DNA of 64,000 nucleotides, taken from a virus. Below the pieces are notes generated by a model, which searched no databases, was not told where the DNA came from, and saw only the letters and a program-made list of their open reading frames with translations. This document shows positions 60,811-64,000 of this stretch, in pieces (position 1 is the first letter of the stretch; each line of letters starts with the position of its first letter). The stretch lies in the IMG/VR virus record IMGVR_UViG_3300029240_000008. One strand, given 5' to 3'. The translations under genes were made by a program, and so were the position numbers.

Positions 60811-61500
60811 TCAGATGAAAAAACAAGGATTGTTTAAATTATCACAATCTGTAATTACTTTCATTCCTCGATCTAAATATTTCACGCGAACATCATTAAA
60901 TCTTCGCTTTCGCTTATCAATTACATAGTCTTTGTGAATTGTGTAAACAGTTCCGGGTGTTTCTACCGTAGCCGGTGTATAAATGCACATATCAAGCGTC
61001 ATTTCTTGTGCTGGCAAAACGTTAACAACCTGCACTCCGTCAATTCTTATCAAGTCCTCATGTCGTCCCAGGCTTGGGAATGTCCGCGGGTTCAGAATCT
61101 TTCTACAAATCACATCAACTTCTTTCTGATTTTCCGGCATAACATGCAATCTCAGGTCCAGATCAGACACCACGCTTTCATAAATCGGTGTATTAACCCA
61201 GCCCACAAACGAATCCCCAGATTTTACCCTGACTGGAAAACGCTGCTTAAATTCCTCCGTTTCTGATCCTGCGACAGCTCCGCCGCGCCACCTCATACAG
61301 ATTTCCGGCTTATTTATGACTCCATTGCCGGATACGGACATCTTCATATCATGCCAACTGTCCCACCTGCAAAGAAAATGAACCATCCCAGCAACTGTAG
61401 AAAAAGGCGGAAGCGGGTACGTTTCGCCCCGCTTGCCGTTCCATCCCGGTATTGAAAACCGGGCGGTATCCATATGCCCTTGTATCATTACTGCTTTCAT
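60811..61500 (-). CDS. cas5: solitary Cas5-like RAMP protein (resembles subtype I-B Cas5)
   Basis: MKAVMIQGHMDTARFSIP......GETYPLPPFSTVAGMVHFLC follows the Cas5 N-terminal signature: a beta strand, then A.F, then tYP.PP.ST..G. KMSVSGNG and FPSLGRHEDLIRI resemble later Cas5 blocks. The product is 229 aa. Motif recall only, with no HMM run. Confidence 0.55.
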   Translation of the reverse strand: MKAVMIQGHMDTARFSIPGWNGKRGETYPLPPFSTVAGMVHFLCRWDSWHDMKMSVSGNGVINKPEICMRWRGGAVAGSETEEFKQRFPVRVKSGDSFVGWVNTPIYESVVSDLDLRLHVMPENQKEVDVICRKILNPRTFPSLGRHEDLIRIDGVQVVNVLPAQEMTLDMCIYTPATVETPGTVYTIHKDYVIDKRKRRFNDVRVKYLDRGMKVITDCDNLNNPCFFI

Positions 61501-61697
61501 GCGTTCATTTCCTTGTCTGCTCGGAATCCTTCAAGAATATCGTCATACAGACTTTCGGGTATTTCTTCCTCCATCAGTGGCTTTCTTTCTTCAAGTTCTG
61601 AGTCGAGGCTTGCATCGATGTCTGCAAGCGCCTGTTCTCTGTTGAATCCCATTTCTACAGCTGCATTCAATAAGTCAATTGTTTTCTTCATTTTCAT
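61497..61697 (-). CDS. small acidic protein
   Basis: 66 aa and D/E-rich. It has an ATGA overlap with the cas5-like gene. Confidence 0.55.
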   Translation of the reverse strand: MKMKKTIDLLNAAVEMGFNREQALADIDASLDSELEERKPLMEEEIPESLYDDILEGFRADKEMNA

Positions 61698-62136
61698 TTT
61701 CCTCCCTTATCTGTTCTTCATATTTTTTTATGAGCCATTCCGGGACCGGTTCGTCTCCGTCCTCGCCATTGTATTTGATCGGGTCAATGTTGTTCGTGAA
61801 ACACCATTCCCAGCTGTTATAATCGTCGCCGTCTTTTGACACGATGTAAAATATATCGTATTCGCTGTCCACAAATGCCATTGTATCTGTTGCGTTCATC
61901 GTATATAACATGATATACATGTTTCTCCTGTATGCGTACGCCATTTCTAGCGGAGAATCTTCGCCACTCAGAAATCCCATAAACATTTTAACGTCGTATG
62001 AATCTTTCGATAATTTGTTATAATAATCGTAGACTTTTTCATCCCATCCGTCCGGGAAAAGTTTACGATTTTTTATTTCCTCGTTATCTTCTTTAGCCAT
62101 TTTGTAAATGGTTTCAAGTTTTACTCTCTTAATCAT
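61675..62136 (-). CDS. acidic hypothetical protein
   Basis: 153 aa with the C-terminus EEQIREENENEENN. Confidence 0.55.
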   Translation of the reverse strand: MIKRVKLETIYKMAKEDNEEIKNRKLFPDGWDEKVYDYYNKLSKDSYDVKMFMGFLSGEDSPLEMAYAYRRNMYIMLYTMNATDTMAFVDSEYDIFYIVSKDGDDYNSWEWCFTNNIDPIKYNGEDGDEPVPEWLIKKYEEQIREENENEENN

Positions 62137-62260
62137 TTTCTTACCTCCGGTTTATTTCCAGCGCTTTACAATGTCCCCATCGTAATGATCTGGTGCGCCT
62201 TCGTCTGGGTTGACGCTTTCCAGAACGTAAAACTCCGTCCTGTGTTTCCGACTTATTTTT

Positions 62261-62683
62261 TTAAAGCATTATATAGGACTCTCCGTCTCCGTCATACTCG
62301 TTAGCTGCCTCTTCTGCCTCTTCCAGGCTGGAATAAACACCAATTGTTTCATAACTTGGTGTTTCGACAACTTCGATTTTCATTGGAGTTGTCTCTAACG
62401 TGTCTATAAAGCCCGTCTGCACGAACTCGTTTTCGTCCTCGTCAAACTCGAACTCATTTTCCTCAATCGCATACTCCTCAACTGAGTAAAACGTCATATT
62501 GTGATTTTCAAACTTGCTGACGCTTGTCTTGCGTTTTGCAAGTTCCTTTTTAGCCTCTTCCAGATCGTCAAACGTTTTTATGTATTCGGGATCCGGATCC
62601 AAAGCTGTACATCCTTCTTTAATCTCCTTTCTATTTTGGCGGTTAAATTCTGCCGTTCTTTTCACCAAATCATATTTTATCAT
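62261..62683 (-). CDS. acidic hypothetical protein
   Basis: GAGGAGGAATAGGAAC SD and an ATG at 62683 (MIKYDLVKR). The product is very D/E-rich. Confidence 0.55.
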   Translation of the reverse strand: MIKYDLVKRTAEFNRQNRKEIKEGCTALDPDPEYIKTFDDLEEAKKELAKRKTSVSKFENHNMTFYSVEEYAIEENEFEFDEDENEFVQTGFIDTLETTPMKIEVVETPSYETIGVYSSLEEAEEAANEYDGDGESYIML

Positions 62684-62687
62684 GTTC

Positions 62688-62864
62688 CTATTCCTCCTCT
62701 TCCATATCAAGCCAAATTTCACACTGTTCGCCGTCCTCCTCGTAGCTGACAACCTCGCCAGCTTCCAGGCGTTCCCGCCAGTCTTCCGGGTAGTTTTCCG
62801 GGATGTAAATACAGTTTCCCGGAAAGAACTGGTTGTTGCGTTTCTCATTAACTAAATATTCCAT
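62688..62864 (-). CDS. 58-aa acidic protein (below the ORF-track cutoff)
   Basis: TAAGGAGGGCAAA SD and an ATG at 62864. The product is MEYLVNEKRNNQFFPGNCIYIPENYPEDWRERLEAGEVVSYEEDGEQCEIWLDMEEEE. Confidence 0.5.
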   Translation of the reverse strand: MEYLVNEKRNNQFFPGNCIYIPENYPEDWRERLEAGEVVSYEEDGEQCEIWLDMEEEE

Positions 62865-62899
62865 TTTGCCCTCCTTACGTCCTCTGCTTTACATTGTTT

Positions 62900-63130
62900 T
62901 TAATCAATCCCGGTAACCTTAACCCGGGCCTGTAAAATGTCCTCCGCAGATTCCAGAGCCTCGAAATCCACGATATACTCCTCACCATCCTGATATACGG
63001 CGATTGCTCCAGACTCTAACAGCTCTTCGCCGTCTCCGTTTCCATCCCAGAGCTGGCCGAAGAAATATTCTTTACCGGCTTCAATTGTATCCTCTGTTCC
63101 GAGGATATATGCCAATGTGTTTAATTTCAT
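62900..63130 (-). CDS. small acidic protein
   Basis: 76 aa containing GDGEELLESGAIAVYQDGEEYIVDFEALESAEDIL. Confidence 0.55.
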   Translation of the reverse strand: MKLNTLAYILGTEDTIEAGKEYFFGQLWDGNGDGEELLESGAIAVYQDGEEYIVDFEALESAEDILQARVKVTGID

Positions 63131-63222
63131 TTCTTTCCCTCCGTTCCGCCCCCTCCTGGGGCTGCGTGATTGGTTTTTTTAATTCATGATCGGGACGATT
63201 TCTCGCCCCTCTGGTTGTTTGT

Positions 63223-63696
63223 TTACCTGCAATTATTTGCTATTTTTACATCATAGCAATAATGTTTTCCGTATTTTTCAAAATATGCGTCTTTTAAATT
63301 CTCATCTGTCCCAAGCTCGAACGCTATATCATTGCAAATATATGCTGCAATATCAAGAGTATTTTTATAATATCCAACATCATTTTTGTTATATAACTTA
63401 AAACCAGCTTTTGCCAATGTGAACATGTAAATTTTTTCGCAAAAATCCAATTTACTTTTTGCAACTTCTTCGTTGTAAAATTTGTGAAGCACTAGAAAAG
63501 TAAATTCGTCTTCTTTGTCTTCATTAATTTCTTTTACGTTATGAGTGCCGTTTTGAATCCCTGTTTTATGTTGTAATGCTCTCTTTTTAATATTCGTGCT
63601 TTGCCCAACATACGCCATCATTTTTGTTCTGTTGACAACTGCATATATTCCAGCCTTATTATATTGTGGAATATAAAATTTTTCTAAGTTTGCCAT
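63223..63696 (-). CDS. GIY-YIG domain nuclease
   Basis: AGIYAVVNRTKMMAYVGQSTNIKKRALQH matches GIY..YVG..R. It is followed by FCEKIYMFTLAKAGFKLYNKN. Confidence 0.6.
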   Translation of the reverse strand: MANLEKFYIPQYNKAGIYAVVNRTKMMAYVGQSTNIKKRALQHKTGIQNGTHNVKEINEDKEDEFTFLVLHKFYNEEVAKSKLDFCEKIYMFTLAKAGFKLYNKNDVGYYKNTLDIAAYICNDIAFELGTDENLKDAYFEKYGKHYCYDVKIANNCR

Positions 63697-63697
63697 A

Positions 63698-63753
63698 CTG
63701 TAACCACTTCCTTTCTATGGTTACAGTATAATCTATTATCGTGTATTTGTCAA
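63698..63753 (-). promoter_or_regulatory. promoter plus 9-bp inverted-repeat operator in front of the GIY-YIG gene
   Basis: On the minus strand: TTGACA (63748..63753), a 17-nt spacer, TATACT (63725..63730). The inverted repeat CTGTAACCA/TGGTTACAG (63698..63726) spans the -10 through the SD. Confidence 0.5.
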
Positions 63754-63772
63754 TAGTCTATTATAATGTATT

Positions 63773-63994
63773 TTATTTACTTTTATATTCCATAATGTCA
63801 GCTGGTTGACAATTCAATAATTTGCATAATGAACAAATAACTTCACAAGTTACATTTTCATTCTTTGTTAGCTTCGCCACTGTATTAGAATGCAAACCAT
63901 TGTTCTTTAACCACTGTTTATTAAGTTCTTTCTTTTTTAATACGTTCCATAGCTTAGAAAAGTCAATATATCCATTCTTTCCATAATCGGCCAT
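63773..63994 (-). CDS. XRE-family HTH protein
   Basis: LHSNTVAKLTKNENVTCEVICSLCKLLNCQPADIMEY is an HTH_26-like pattern. Confidence 0.6.
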   Translation of the reverse strand: MADYGKNGYIDFSKLWNVLKKKELNKQWLKNNGLHSNTVAKLTKNENVTCEVICSLCKLLNCQPADIMEYKSK

Positions 63995-64000
63995 TGTTTT

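Noticed and set aside
60605-60928. 107-aa plus-strand ORF starting at the sRNA-1 promoter.
   Set aside because: No SD is present. It reads through the GC hairpin and the intrinsic terminator, and runs antisense into the cas5-like gene. The locus is better explained as a non-coding unit.
1-64000. Diversity-generating retroelement, retron or other RT-based system, given the Ig-like repeats and repeat proteins.
   Set aside because: No reverse-transcriptase-like ORF (no YxDD motif protein) and no template/variable repeat pair was seen on either strand.

Overview
The whole 64-kb window reads as one AT-rich, Firmicutes/Clostridia-style temperate tailed-phage (siphovirus-like) genome segment. No clearly bacterial housekeeping gene is visible, and almost everything is transcribed on the minus strand. 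Reading the minus strand from right to left: (i) 64.0-57.2 kb is an early/anti-defence-like region. It holds an XRE HTH, a GIY-YIG nuclease, five small very acidic proteins, a solitary Cas5-like RAMP gene, two divergent GC-rich candidate sRNAs, terS, a degenerate resolvase-like protein and an RHH protein. (ii) 56.9-55.7 kb is an ORF-free, hairpin-dense tRNA island (Gln, Met, Thr plus one degenerate tRNA-like element). (iii) 55.5-52.3 kb holds about 10 tiny genes, a KxDG ligase-like nucleotidyltransferase and a lipoprotein. (iv) 52.2-45.2 kb is the packaging/head module: terL, an ArpU/RinA-like regulator, portal, MuF-like protein, scaffold, decoration protein, major capsid and connector. (v) 45.1-35.5 kb is a roughly 10-kb accessory block inside the head-tail module. 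It holds an XhlA-like protein, a sigma-r4-like HTH, a Q/P/Y-rich protein, an HNH endonuclease on the plus strand, a Cys-rich three-gene set, a TnpB-only IS605-family element on the plus strand, an HExxH peptidase, fibre plus XkdX, an AbrB-like protein and a tyrosine recombinase. (vi) 35.5-19.9 kb is the tail module: a major tail protein, G/GT chaperones with a -1 frameshift site, a 1983-aa tape measure, a 1515-aa Ig/LRR/Tal chimera and an AT-rich distal protein. (vii) 19.9-19.3 kb is a repeat-dense ORF-free hub, followed by a CHAP/SH3 endolysin. (viii) 17.8-14.6 kb is plus-strand lysogeny cargo: an orphan LytTR response regulator, a secreted protein, a membrane protein and a CI-like repressor. 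(ix) 14.5-0.1 kb is the early lytic operon, starting at a back-to-back promoter switch. It holds an ORF6N antirepressor, a nonapeptide-repeat protein, an SSB-like protein, a Rad50/SbcC-like ATPase, RecT, an HNH endonuclease, an interrupted MBL-fold nuclease, an RHH protein, a GIY-YIG nuclease and an orphan beta-class DNA methyltransferase. The best leads are these: the solo Cas5-like gene with an adjacent repeat-like sRNA pair in an acidic-protein island; a duplicated promoter-plus-terminator cassette that shows stem covariation; three possible recoding sites (a stop-hop inside HxHxDH, a G5 slip site at the capsid stop, and an in-frame TGA in a Cys-rich micro-ORF); the tRNA/ligase island; and the repeat hub at 19.3-19.9 kb. 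All functional calls come from motif-level reading of the translations. No database search was run.
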